Shown: positions 49,473-60,943 of the stretch, one piece after another
Position numbering within the stretch: position 1 is the stretch's first letter
Layout of the letters: the number at the start of each line of letters is the position of its first letter
Assembly: GCA_002269645.1 (NCBI GenBank)
Contig: NIVC01002087.1
Location: 1 to 64,000 of the forward strand
Direction of reading: 5' to 3'
Origin: Macrostomum lignano
Lineage: Eukaryota
Length of the DNA: 64,000 nt
The notes under the pieces: generated by a model
Database searches by the model: none
Seen by the model: the letters and a program-made list of their open reading frames with translations, nothing else
Told to the model about the DNA's origin: nothing
Translations under genes and position numbers: made by a program

Positions 49473-49974
49473 TATTTTAGACAATTCATATACTTCACTC
49501 AGATGACAAAATTAGCTAGCCAAATTAATGCCTCAAACTTGGTTGACAAAGAAATATAAAGTAAGTATCACAAATATATAGAATTTCATTAAATACAACT
49601 TCTATCTATTAAAACAGGTGAATTATATTTGTTTTAACTTACTTAAGTAAGGTTAAAGACTTAAAGACTAGATCCATCTAGGACTTTGGAATTTGGACCT
49701 ATATCCTATTTGTTTACTAGAAAAAAGTTGTTTTTTTCTGCTAGTAGATGAAAAGTAGTATAGACAAAATCATTTTATGCAAAGTTAAACTATCTATAGT
49801 AGTATACCTATGGATATAGCTATGGATATAAATATTTTATACTTATATCACTGTATAACTCATGTGTATACTATGTCTAATATGTATGAACACATGCCAA
49901 TGCATGGTCCTCTATCTGGCCTGCAGGTCCTTTAAAACTTCACAATAGCAATATGGTCTAATCAGGGTTCATGT

Positions 49975-50200
49975 CTCTTCTCAGCTCCCTTCTCTCTTAT
50001 CTTCTCTCTCTTCTCTTCTCTCCTCTCCTCTCTTCTATCCTCTCCTCTTCTCTACCAACTTCTCTCCCTTCCTCTCTTTTTTCATCTCTCCTTCTCTAGT
50101 CCTCTCTCCTCATGTCTCCTTTCTTCTCATTCATTCCCTTGCCTCTCTTTTCTCCTATCTCTCTTCTCTATTCCCTCTCCTCTCACCCCTCCTCTGGCTC
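49975..50200. repeat. Polypyrimidine (CT-rich) tract upstream of EXT1
   Basis: Read directly. Confidence 0.85.
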
Positions 50201-50417
50201 GCAGTCATGCGCTAGATTCTTTATCCAGCCTTCGAGTTAAAAAATGTTTACCAACCCTGATAAAGATATTGATATATTGGGTTATATCACTACCAATGTA
50301 GATACCAATGATAACATTTCTGAATGCAAGTTTGTTTATTATTTGCGGCAATCTTTCAGACACCTTCAGAACCAAGATATTATTTGATCAGCTAAAAAAG
50401 CAACTAGGCAAAAGAGC

Positions 50418-53400
50418 ATGCCTGTCAATCAACTAATCCGAGGTCGAAGACGCAGCCTAGCAACTGCACTCCTGTTGGGTATCTGTTTGGTTGCTGCTAC
50501 GCATCTGATTTTACCAATTCTGTCTCCATTGCCCCAGCCGGCCTACACTGGCCAAGATGCTGTTCCCAGTTCTCTCCCGGACTATGCTCAGCCAGACGAC
50601 TTGCACACCGCCCATCTTGGTCGTCGGTACCTTAGCAACGATCAACCGTCGCCTTGGGGTCACCCAGTGATGGACATGTCCTGCAGTATGCACACCTGCT
50701 TCAATTTCTCCCGCTGTCGTCAAGGCTTCACAGTTTACGTTTATCCAAAGCCAACTGGCGAAGGCGATGGTGTTCTTGGCAGCGATGACGAGTCCAATGC
50801 CGAGTTGGGTGGCGGAGGCGAAACCTATGATAAAATTTTGCGAGCTATCCGACTGTCGCCCTATTATACTGACGATCCGGAGAAGGCTTGCATATTTGTG
50901 CCTGGCATCGATACACTGGACAGGGACTCGTTAAGTCCTAGGTTTAAGGCTAAAGCTGCTGCCGTGATCACCGGATACAGGTTAGGTATTTACATGTTTC
51001 TGTAGACATTTAACTGTATATAATTTAACTATATTCATTTTTAGTCTCAGTAGTCAATCAATATCTACTCAGCCCAGGTGTCTAATCTCTATCGCTATCT
51101 CAGCCCAGGTGTATCGTCTATCGCTATCTCAGCCCAGGTGTCTCATCTCTATCGCTATCTCAGCCCAGGTGTATCGTCTATCGCTATCTCAGCCCAGGTG
51201 TATCATCTCTATCGCTATCTCAGCCCAGGTGTATCGTCTCTATCGCTATCTGAGCCTAGGTATCTCATCATTAGTTAATGGCTATCTCAGCCCAGGTATC
51301 TCATCAATAGTCTATGGCTATCTCAGCCCAGGTATCTCATCAATAATCTATGGCTATCTCAGCCCAGGTATCTCATCAATAGTCTATGGCTATCTCAGCC
51401 CAGGTATCTCCCCAGCCAGCCCAGGTATTAAATTATAGCTCACTACACCTCACCTGTCGCACCCACAGTCACTGGCACGGCCGTGGCGAGAACCATTTAA
51501 TATTCAACCTGTACGCCGGCACCTGGCCTAATTATTACGAGCACGAGTTGGGTATACCCACTAACCGGGCCATTCTGGCTAAGGCCAGCTTCTCTACTAC
51601 AAATATTCGATCTTTATTCGACCTGTCATTCCCTCTGGTGCACTCGCAGCACCCGCTGTCCGCGCCAGCCCAGACCGTGGCGGCCTCGCCCGAGCCCTAC
51701 TTGGCCAAGGCTAGGCGGCCCATTCTGCTGTCCTTCAAAGGCAAGCGGTACGTTATTGGCAGCGGCAGTGCTAGTAGAAACTCGCTGTACCATCTGGACA
51801 ATGGCAAGGATATTCTGCTGTTTACCACCTGCAAGCACGGGGATAATTGGCGACGGTACAGCGATTCCAGATGCGCCTTGGATAATGCCAGGTTTACTTT
51901 AATGCTTTATGAGCACTCAATCCCCAGTTACTGGGCCAGTCACACAGATCCCAGTTGCTGGGCCAGTGCTGGGCCAACCTCCCAGATCCTCAGTTGCTGT
52001 TGGGCCAGCCACCCAGATCCTCAGTTGCTGGGCCAGTGCTGGGCCAACCTCCCAGATCCTCAGTTGCTGTTGGGCCAGCCACCCAGATCCTCAGTTGCTG
52101 CTGGGCCAAACTCCCAGATCCTCAGTTGCTGGGCCAGCCTCCCAGATCCTCAGTTGCTGCTGAGCCAGCCTCCCAGATCCTCAGTTGCTGCTGAGCCAGC
52201 CTCCCAGATCCTCAGTTGCTGCTGAGCCAGCCTCCCAGATCCTCAGTTGCTGCTGAGCCAGCCTCCCAGATCCTCAGTTGCTGCTGAGCCAGCCTCCCAG
52301 ATCCTCAGTTACTGGGCCACCCACAAATCCTCAGCTGCTCACTCTTATTTAAGTTTATTGCATCTGTATAACTGAATTCAACCGCTTGCAGGTACGGCAT
52401 GTGGGATTACGACAACTTACTGCATAATTCCACATTTTGTTTGGTGCCTCGAGGTCGTCGTCTTGGTTCGTATCGCTTCTTGGAGGTTCTTCAGGTAAGT
52501 GGCTGTTATCTAATTTTTTTAAACGAATCATTGGGAATCATATTTGACTCCCTACCGTGAGACAAAGACTTCCAACCCTGACAATAAGAATCCCAATCCT
52601 GACAAAATGAGTTCCAACCCTGACAATAAGAATCCCAATCCAGATAAGAATCCCAATCCTGACAATAAGAATCCCAATCCTGACAATAAGAATCCCAATC
52701 CTGACTATAAGAATCCCAACCCTGACTATAAGAATCCCAATCCTGACAATAAGAATCCCAACCCTGACTATAAGAATCCCAATCCTGACTATAAGAATCC
52801 CAATCCTGACTATAAGAATCCCAATCCTGACAATAAGAATCCCAATCCTGACAATAAGAATCCCAATCCTGACAATAAGAATCCCAATCCTGACAATAAG
52901 AATCCCAATCCTGACTATAAGAATCCCAATCCTGACAATAAGAATCCCAACCCTGACTATAAGAATCCCAATCCTGACAATAAGAATCCCAATTCTGACT
53001 ATAAGAATCCCAATCCTGACAATAAGAATCCCAACCCTGACTATAAGAATCCCAATCCTGACAATAAGAATCCCAACCCTGACTATAAGAATCCCAATCC
53101 TGACTATAAGAATCCCAATCCTGACTATAAGAATCCCAATCCTGACAATAAGAATCCCAATCCTGACAATAAGAATCCCACTCTTTAGGAACAGTTTTCC
53201 CAATCCTGAAATTCAGAATCCCAAGTTCTCCACAATCCCGATCACTTCGCGCAGGCCGGTTGCATCCCCGTGGTGCTGTCTAACGACTGGGAGCTGCCAT
53301 TCTCCGAGGTGATCGACTGGCGCCGAGCCGCAGTCTGGGCAGACGAGCGTCAGCTACTTCAACTGCCGGACATTGTGCGCTCTATACCCGATTGGCGCGT

Positions 53401-56400
53401 GATTCAGATGCGCCAGCAGTGCAGATTTTTATACAGCGCATATTTCTCTTCGGTCCAATCGATTGTGCGAGTGACGCTGGAGATTCTGGCGGATCGGATT
53501 TCCTATCTGAGGCGGCCCGGCCTGTTCTGGAATAGCCGGCCTGGCGGCTTGTTAGTCAGGCCGCAGTTCTCCCTTAATCCCTGCTATTATCCCTTCTATG
53601 GGCCAAGGCCTGGGCCGCCTTGCCCTGCTGGCCGGGTTGAGCACGTGAGGATTTGAATGGCTAGGATTTTTAGTTGTGTCTTAATTCTTTGTTTCTTTCT
53701 CACTTAAGTCCTCTTCTTCCCCTCCATTTCTTCCCTTATTGACTCCCTTCCATACCCACCGTATTTTCCCCTCCTGATTTCCCTTTTCCCGTCCGTGTTT
53801 TCTTCTCTTAATTCCCCTTCTTCCCCTTCGTGTTTTCCCCTCTTAATTCCCCTTCTTTCCCTTCGTGTTTTCCCCTCTAAAATTCCCCTTCTTCCCCTTC
53901 GTGTTTTCCCCTCTTAATTCCCCTTCTTCCCCTTCGTGTTTTCCCCTCTTAATTCCCCTTCTTCCCCTTCGTGTTTTCCCCTCTTAATTCCCCTTCTTAC
54001 CCTTCGTGTTTTCCCCTCTTAATTCCCCTTCTTACCCTTCGTGTTTTCCCCTCTTAATTCCCCTTCTTCCCCTTCGTGTTTTCCCCTCTTAATTCCCCTT
54101 CTTCCCCTTCGTGTTTTCCCCTCTTAATTCCCCTTCTTACCCTTCGTGTTTTCCCCTCTTAATTCCCCTTCTTCCCCTTCGTGTTTTCCCCTCTTATTCC
54201 CCTTCTTACCCTTTTTTTCTTTCTTAATTCCTCTTCTTCCCCTTCGTGTTTTCCCCTCTTAATTCCCCTTCTTACCCTTCGTGTTTTCCCCTCTTAATTC
54301 CCCTTCTTACCCTTCGTGTTTTCCCCTCTTAATTCCCCTTCTTCCCCTTCGTGTTTTCCCCTCTTAATTCCCCTTCTTCCCCTTCGTGTTTTCCCCTCTT
54401 ATTCCCCTTCTTACCCTTTTTTTTTCTTAATTCCTCTTCTTCCCCTTCGTGTTTTCCCCTCTTAATTCCCCTTCTTACCCTTCGTGTTTTCCCCTCTTAA
54501 TTCCCCTTCTTACCCTTCGTGTTTTCCCCTCTTAATTCCCCTTCTTCCCCTTCGTGTTTTCCCCTCTTAATTCCCCTTCTTCCCCTTCGTGTTTTCCCCT
54601 CTTAATTCCCCTTCTTACCCTTCGTGTTTTCCCCTCTTAATTCCCCTTCTTACCCTTCGTGTTTTCCCCTCTTAATTCCCCTTCTTCCCCTTCGTGTTTT
54701 CCCCTCTTAATTCCTCTTCTTCCCCTTCGTGTTTTCCCCTCTTAATTCCCCTTCTTACCCTTCGTGTTTTCCCCTCTTAATTCCCCTTCTTCCCCTTCGT
54801 GTTTTCCCCTCTTAATTCCCCTTCTTCCCCTTCGTGTTTTCCCCTCTTAATTCCTCTTCTTCCCCTTCCTGTTTTACCCTCTTAATTCCCCTTCGTGTCC
54901 CTCTCTTCCCATTATTCTCCATCTATCTCCTCTTGAGTCGATTCCTACAATATACTTGATGTCCTTCATGTTTCCCCATACACGACCCCCCAGGTCACCG
55001 CTGTGCTGTTCTGCGGCCCCGGCTGCCACAACTCGCTGCTGCTGGGAGTTCTCCGCTCCCTGACCGGCAACGGCGGCCTCGTCCGCCAGATATTCGTTGT
55101 CTGGCGATCGTCGCTATCGCCGATGCCGCCATCGATGTCGACATTGCGTCGACTGGTTGGCAACAAGATTCGAATTGCGCTGAGTGGGGGCGGCGGCAGC
55201 GCAGATGGCAACCCGCTGAGTCTGATTGAGATGCCGGACTGGAGTCTGGTAAGAGCTACTCGTAATAGGCCTGATCGCTGCTTAGCTAAGAAAAGCTAAA
55301 TGGCGTATTATTAGTATTATTAGTTACTTAAACCTCCTTAATAGCTGTAGATTGTAGCCTAGTGGTTAGAGAGCGTCGGACTCGCGACTGAGGTCGGGGG
55401 TTCGATTCTCGACCCACTCAGGACAATTTGTTTCCTTGAGCAAGGAACTTAACTCTGCATTACTTCGGTTCACCCAGCTGTAAAATGGGTGCCAGCATTA
55501 GCTGGGATAATCGAGGGTATTGTTGGGATTCTTGAGGTGTTAACACTTATTTTAATTGTCATATTTGAATAACCTGTAGACATGGAGTCTGCAGACATCT
55601 GCGTGTCAGAGAGGCTTATAAGTGTAAGGGTTTGGGTAGAAATGTTGGTTTTTAATTGATTTTGAGGCTAATTTGGAATCTCGGCTTGGCTCTGCTTTTG
55701 CAATTAACGGCCTTGAGGGCCAACCCCCAAGGCGCAGTGAAGTGTACATGCCTAACGATACATAAAGTTAGGGCCGCTGTACACTCCTGTGTGAGTGTGC
55801 GCCTGTGCGTATGACTGAGTACGCATCCGCGCGCTTGTGTGCCTGCTCAGGGGAGTCGGCGGAATGGGCAGTAATGCCTCTCACCGGTTTTGTGACAGTG
55901 GCGCCTAAAGTGCGCCAAGGTGCACACAACCCCAGCTTTAAAAATAGTATTGTAGTAGTATATTACTACTGTATTAGTGAGATAGTAGTATATAAAAGGT
56001 TAAATTTTAATATTTCTCTTTGTACTTTTAATTGCTGGTCCTCCCAAATCTCAACATTATGCTTGTTGAACAAGTTTTCTTCTTTTTACTCAGGTTTTTT
56101 GGTTCAGCAGTTTAAAAATGAAATAGTAATATACCTTGGCGTCCTTAGTTCGACTACCGTGTTTAGTTTATTATTTAATTTACGCTGTAAAACATTTATC
56201 AAAGGTTCCGGGTTCGAATTCTCATCCGATATGTTGCGTTGCACCTATAATTGGCGTGCCTATATACCTACAGTTAATTATTGATTTATTAATACCCCTC
56301 GCAGATCTCCCAAGACGCGGTGCTATTGATCAATGCCTCTGCTCTGTCGGCGCCAATTCCTCAGCATTGGCAGCAGCAGTTGCAGCAGCTCTACAGGCTG

Positions 56401-57827
56401 GCGTTCAGCGTTTGGCGAGCGCAAACCGACCGAGCTGTTGGGCTCCAGGGCGGCCTGCACTTTTATGACGACTTCCAGGTAAATATTGAGAAGTAATGCT
56501 GGGTTGCTGCTACTAAATCTCTAATACTATTACTACTTATACTACTACTAATGATGCTACTATTGTTAATACTACTACTACTACCACTACTACTACTACC
56601 ACTACTACTACTACCACTACTACTACTACTACTACTACTATTACTACTAATGCTACTACTACTATTACTGCTACTACTAGCTACTATAGTATTTGTCATG
56701 CTATCTCAGCCTAGAGACATCCAAACTCAGCCAGCCCATCTCAACAGAGCGATTTTTTACGTAAGCCAGTCAAGTTTTACCATAGACATGCTTCTTAAGG
56801 CCATGCTATCTCAGCCTGGGACATGCAATCTCAGCCACTTTTCAGATTCTTACTGACTTTTCTTGCTGCGTTCATTCACTGCTGTTTGTTGCCATTTCAT
56901 GTCACGTTACAGAAATGATAGCATTGAGATCTGTTTGCAATTGAAATCTATATTGGCTGAGATTGCATGTCCCAGGCTGAGATAGCATGGCCTTAAGAAG
57001 CATGTCTATGGTAAAACTCGACTAGCTCGAGCCAAAAAACGCATTGCGGAATGGGGCTGGCTGAGTTTGGATGTCCCTAGGCTGAGATAGCATGACAAAA
57101 GCTATACTACTTTTGATCAAAGCCCAGTTCTAAAAAAAACTAGCGGAAATTCAATCCAGTCTAACCCCAGTCTAACCCCAGTTCAAAACATTCTAACGGA
57201 AGTAAGGTTTAGCCATAGACAAAATGATCCTCAGTCTGAATTGAATTTCCGCTAGTTTTTTTAGAACTGGGCTTTGATCAAAATTGAACGTGAAAAGGTG
57301 TACTACTACTACTACTACTGCATAGGTCTGATTAATACTCAATGAGAACCCGCGTATTAGCTCAATATAATTAATACGACACAGTAAATATGAAGAAAAA
57401 TTGTCTAAAGAAATTTTGACCATCGTATCTAAGCCAATAAAAAAGCTGTTTTATTTCGAAATGTTAATATTATAATCTACCGAAGGAGCGTTGGAGTCTC
57501 ACTACGGCGCCAGCCTCAGGCGTCTCCTGCCTGCTTGGGCCGGTGCTCATGCTGCACCGCTATTACGCCTACCTGATGTCCAGCCCGTTTGCCGAACGAC
57601 TGCGTCGTGTAGCCTCCGTGTTTGACGGCTGCGACCTGCTAGCCTGGAGTTTTCTAGTCAGTCACGTGACTGGCCGCCCGCCCGCCCAGCTGCTGGAGCA
57701 CCGGACGGCATGGGCCCAGCCGGAGTTCCTTGGCAGTCGGCAGCTGTGCCTGCAACCGCTGGCAAATGCGCTGGGCTCGGCTATGCCTCTGACTGTGTCC
57801 AGGGCAAGGATGGACCCTGTGTCATAG
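50418..57827 (+). CDS. EXT1: Exostosin-1-like heparan sulfate co-polymerase (type II membrane anchor, GT47, GT64), 7 coding exons, about 749 aa
   Basis: Exons 50418-50980, 51469-51891, 52392-52494, 53255-53644 (alternative donor after 53635), 54994-55248, 56305-56478 and 57486-57827. Junctions are GT-AG with phases 2,2,0,0,0,0. Motifs: [82 protein letters not shown], RMDPV. Confidence 0.93.
51060..51425. repeat. 29-34-bp minisatellite with core GCTATCTCAGCCCAGGT, EXT1 intron 1
   Basis: Tandem array read directly. Confidence 0.95.
51940..52330 (+). repeat. 28/31-bp CAGCCTCCCAGATCCTCAGTTGCTG minisatellite, EXT1 intron 2
   Basis: Same family as 33555-34290 and 57920-58385. Confidence 0.97.
52570..53185. 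repeat. 21-bp minisatellite (AAGAATCCCAATCCTGACAAT), about 29 copies, EXT1 intron 3
   Basis: Tandem array read directly. Confidence 0.97.
53790..54895. repeat. 35-bp pyrimidine-rich minisatellite (TTCCCCTTCTTCCCCTTCGTGTTTTCCCCTCTTAA), about 31 copies, EXT1 intron 4
   Basis: Tandem array read directly. Confidence 0.97.
55354..55520 (+). mobile_element. tRNA-derived SINE with a CORE-like domain, EXT1 intron 5
   Basis: A-box TAGCCTAGTGG (55355), B-box GGTTCGATTC (55399), then CCTTGAGCAAGGAACTTAAC..CAGCTGTAAAATGGG resembling the MIR/CORE domain. A second copy lies at about 1962-2040. Confidence 0.8.
56522..56690. repeat. (ACT)n imperfect microsatellite, EXT1 intron 6
   Basis: Read directly. 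Confidence 0.95.
56685..57106. mobile_element. Foldback MITE with ~160-bp TIRs containing repeated ATGCTATCTCAGCCT
   Basis: Left ..TTGTCATGCTATCTCAGCCTAGAGACATCCAAACTCAGCCAGCCC..GTTTTACCATAGACATGCTTCTTAAGGCCATGCTATCTCAGCCTGGGACATGCAATCTCAGCCA is mirrored at about 56955-57100. Confidence 0.9.
57111..57300. mobile_element. Left-truncated copy of the 29791-30014 MITE
   Basis: The right TIR ..CAAAATTGAACGTGAAAAGGTG|TA is intact and the inner left TIR is present. Confidence 0.85.
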
Positions 57828-57919
57828 CTGACGTTTTAACCTCTGTTTGCTGGTGCTCCATTATCTTGGATTCGCAGTTTCTTGTCACATGCCAAACTGC
57901 CAGATGTTCAGCTGCTGAG

Positions 57920-58385
57920 CAACCAGCCTCCCAGATCCTCAATTGCTAGGCCAGCCTCCCAGATCCTCAGTTGCTGGGCCAGCCTCCCAGATCCTCAGTT
58001 GCTGGGCCAGCCTCCCAGATCCTCAGTTGCTGGGCCAACCTCCCAGATCCTCAGTTTCTACTGAGCCAGCCTCCCAGATCCTCAGTTGCTGGGCCAGCCT
58101 CCCAGATCCTCAGTTGCTGGGCCAGTCTTCCCGATCCTCAGTTGCTGGGCCAGCCTCCCAGATCCTCAGTTGCTGGGCCAGCCTCCCAGATCCTCAGTTG
58201 CTGAGCCAGCCTCCCAGATCCTCAGTTGCTGGGGCCAGCCTCCCAGATCCTCAGTTGCTAGGCCAGCCTCCCAGATCCTCAGTTGCTAGGCCAGCCTCCC
58301 AGATCCTCAGTTGCTGGGGCCAGCCTCCCAGATCCTCAGTTGCTAGGCCAGCCTCCCAGATCCTCAGTTGCTGGGGCCAGCCTCC
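57920..58385 (+). repeat. 28-bp CAGCCTCCCAGATCCTCAGTTGCTGGGC minisatellite about 100 bp after the EXT1 stop
   Basis: Tandem array read directly. Confidence 0.97.
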
Positions 58386-58899
58386 ATTGACATTTGCAAT
58401 TACAGCCGATAGCTCGTTACAAAATGCAATTTTGTCTTCCCAGCAAAATGCAATTTTATGTCTTCCCAGCTGTTATCAGTATATATATATGCAATACATA
58501 TATCACTATATGTATGATATATGTATTGTAATCAATGATACATGATATGCATTCAATTCTTGTTAGCTAAGCTATTCGACTAGTCACCCTTGCTCTGCAA
58601 TGAAGAAAAATACCACTTCGTGCTTTCAGAAAAATCGCCCTCAAACAGAAATTCGCAAGTGTCTTTGTAAATTGATTGAAATACAATTTTGTTCAGTCAG
58701 ACCTCGATTCGCTCATTCGACTGTTTTATGACTTTCAACTGTTTTTTTTAAATACAACTCGATAGGTGCTTTGACGAATATTTGCATGCTTCACTGGATA
58801 AATTTATGTCATGCGAGTCTTTAATTTGTGTTTTCTTAGTCTAAAATACTACCTTAAAGACGCGGTCGTAACACAGTTTTTAGAAAATGGGGTGTAAAA

Positions 58900-59960
58900 A
58901 ATGAACTGTGATTTCGTCAAAAAGGTCTGAGTCTCCAAGACGCCGTCATCAGGTTTCAGAAAGTTAAAGACCGAAACCGTATCTGCGTGAATTCTCGTCC
59001 AGTATTTTATCGGGCAGTACAGCGGCTGCGTGCTACCAGACCCTCTGTTCAGCCCTCGGTAACCAAGCCCCATCCATCTGTATGGGCTACGGCTAGTTCA
59101 GCCGCTTCCAGAGTCGAAAGTCGTTGCTTTCTTGCAGTGACACCTTGACGAAGATCAGCGAGTGTGACGAATCGACAGTTAAAGAATCTTGTCTGGGTTT
59201 TTCGGATTCAACCAGTCGTTAAGATCCTGTTCAGTGTCGCTCAGAAGCAGGCCGGCATGGAGTTCGCGCGTCTTATGCTTGACAATTTTGAAAGCGACGT
59301 CTCAAAATCAGTTGGATAATATTCTCAAAGGGGGTGAAAGCTGGGTCGTCATTGGGTCACCATAGACGGTGATGCGCCGCTGAAATTCTGCCGCGAGCGA
59401 ACCGTTGAAAGGTGATGCGATGGCTGCCAACTTTTTCCCCGTCACTGCGGCATCTTGCGGCCAGTGTTGCTTGAGCACGGCGCCACAGTGAGTGCTGGAT
59501 TGTACAGCACCGTCTTCTTGCCGCAGGTGCTGCAACCATTTGATCAAGAGCGGCCAAAGTCTGGGGAGAAGGGCAGCTTCCTTCGCCCAAAAATATACTG
59601 AGGCACAGAGCAGGGGCGACCCAGCAATACAAGACAACGCAGCTGCCGCATCCGGCATATTCGCCCGGCCTCGCGCCTTGTGATTTCTTGCTCTTTCAAA
59701 AACTGAAGAACTTGATGGGGAGGCGATTCGACTTGAGATAGGAGCTCGGGAATGTCCTGCAAGCTGAGCTGGGCTCAATCCAAAAATCTGATTTAAGGTT
59801 TTTCAACTCTTGGTTCAAGCGAATGCAACAAATGTTTGGATCTGGATGGAATTTCTGTTTAGAAATGCGATTAGCTCCTTTAATTGTAGATATACAAATT
59901 TAGCTGAATCCAACTATGTGAAGTACAATTTTATGAGAACTTCATAAGGGACACCTCGTA
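58900..59960 (+). mobile_element. Decayed mariner transposase relic
   Basis: Plus-strand fragments LDNILKGGESW, TVSAGLYSTVFLPQVL, QDNA and LPHPAYSPGLAPCDFLLFQKLK. A right terminus ..CACCTCGTA lies at about 59960. The left TIR was not found. Confidence 0.8.
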
Positions 59961-59986
59961 TATGTAAATTGAGTAGCTTGAATAAA

Positions 59987-60940
59987 CATTGTAATTATAC
60001 TTTTACCCAGACGCAATGAAAAAATATTTTGGCCATTATTCCACAGTTTTGATGTGTACCATAGACATTTGGATTGAAAAAATCCATCGCTCAGTATTTT
60101 TGTTAATAAATTCAGAACAACAAGAAGTAAATGAACAAAAAGGAAAAATCATTAAAACTAAAGTACCAGCTACACGAAAAGAGTTAATAATAAATGTCAC
60201 AGCTAGTGCAGTTTATCAGTTTGTAGTCGAAATTTGACAATGTAAAAATCAATTTGTCACCCAAAGTGAAACATGCACAGTTCTCAAAGCCGCAGTTTCC
60301 AAAGATGCTCGACACTTTAGCCTGATGATTTGGCACTGCAAAAGGAGTTGGTCTATGTTGAATGTTTTCTATGAAAGAGAAATACAGGTGCTCAAGTATA
60401 GTTGCCGAACTTACCATTTGAAAGATGCACTACTTGGTTAAGTTGGCATGCGACTGATGAGCTTCGTCTGATGAGCTTCTTTGGTACCGCAGTATCCAAG
60501 CTGGGATTCTTTGGGACTGTCGGCTGCTCGACTGAATTGATTGGCCGCTTTCAGGCATCGTTTATAGCCATCGAGGCGTTGAAGACTGCATGGTCGCGTT
60601 TTCTTCCTAGGTAGCGCCGCACGGTTCGTTCAGTCGTCGACAGGAAGATTTTTTCAATTAATAAGCGCGGCTGTTTGACGAGATGCACTATAGCCATAGT
60701 TGTTCGACAAGACAAATAGCTTTTTCTCCCACTACTCGCTTTCCTGATTTCTTGCAAGACGCAAGCAAAATCAGCACTCATCACAGTGTTGTCTATGGTC
60801 AAACTAAGCCACACAACTCAGTCGTCTATGGGTAAAAGAACTCTTAAAACAGCCAATTGAAGCATGATAAAAAGTGTGGAATAATGGCCGCAAAAGTGTG
60901 GAATAATGACTGCGCGCTGAGTGAAAGTATAGATACAATG
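59987..60940. mobile_element. Non-autonomous element with ~70-bp imperfect TIRs
   Basis: Left CATTGTAATTATACTTTTACCCAG..GGCCATTATTCCACAGTTTT vs right AAAAGTGTGGAATAATGGCC..CTGAGTGAAAGTATAGATACAATG. No TSD recognised. Confidence 0.65.
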
Positions 60941-60943
60941 CAC

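Noticed and set aside
52544-53188. (NKNPNPD)n ORF resembling a circumsporozoite-type repeat protein
   Set aside because: It lies wholly inside EXT1 intron 3, between a GTAAGT donor and a CAG acceptor that join in frame. It is a 21-bp satellite by-product.
55354-55420. tRNA gene
   Set aside because: A and B boxes are present but I could not form a full cloverleaf or acceptor stem, and it runs directly into a CORE-like SINE body.
59308-59778. 156-aa minus-strand ORF as a novel gene
   Set aside because: It is antisense to a decayed mariner transposase whose motifs are on the plus strand.
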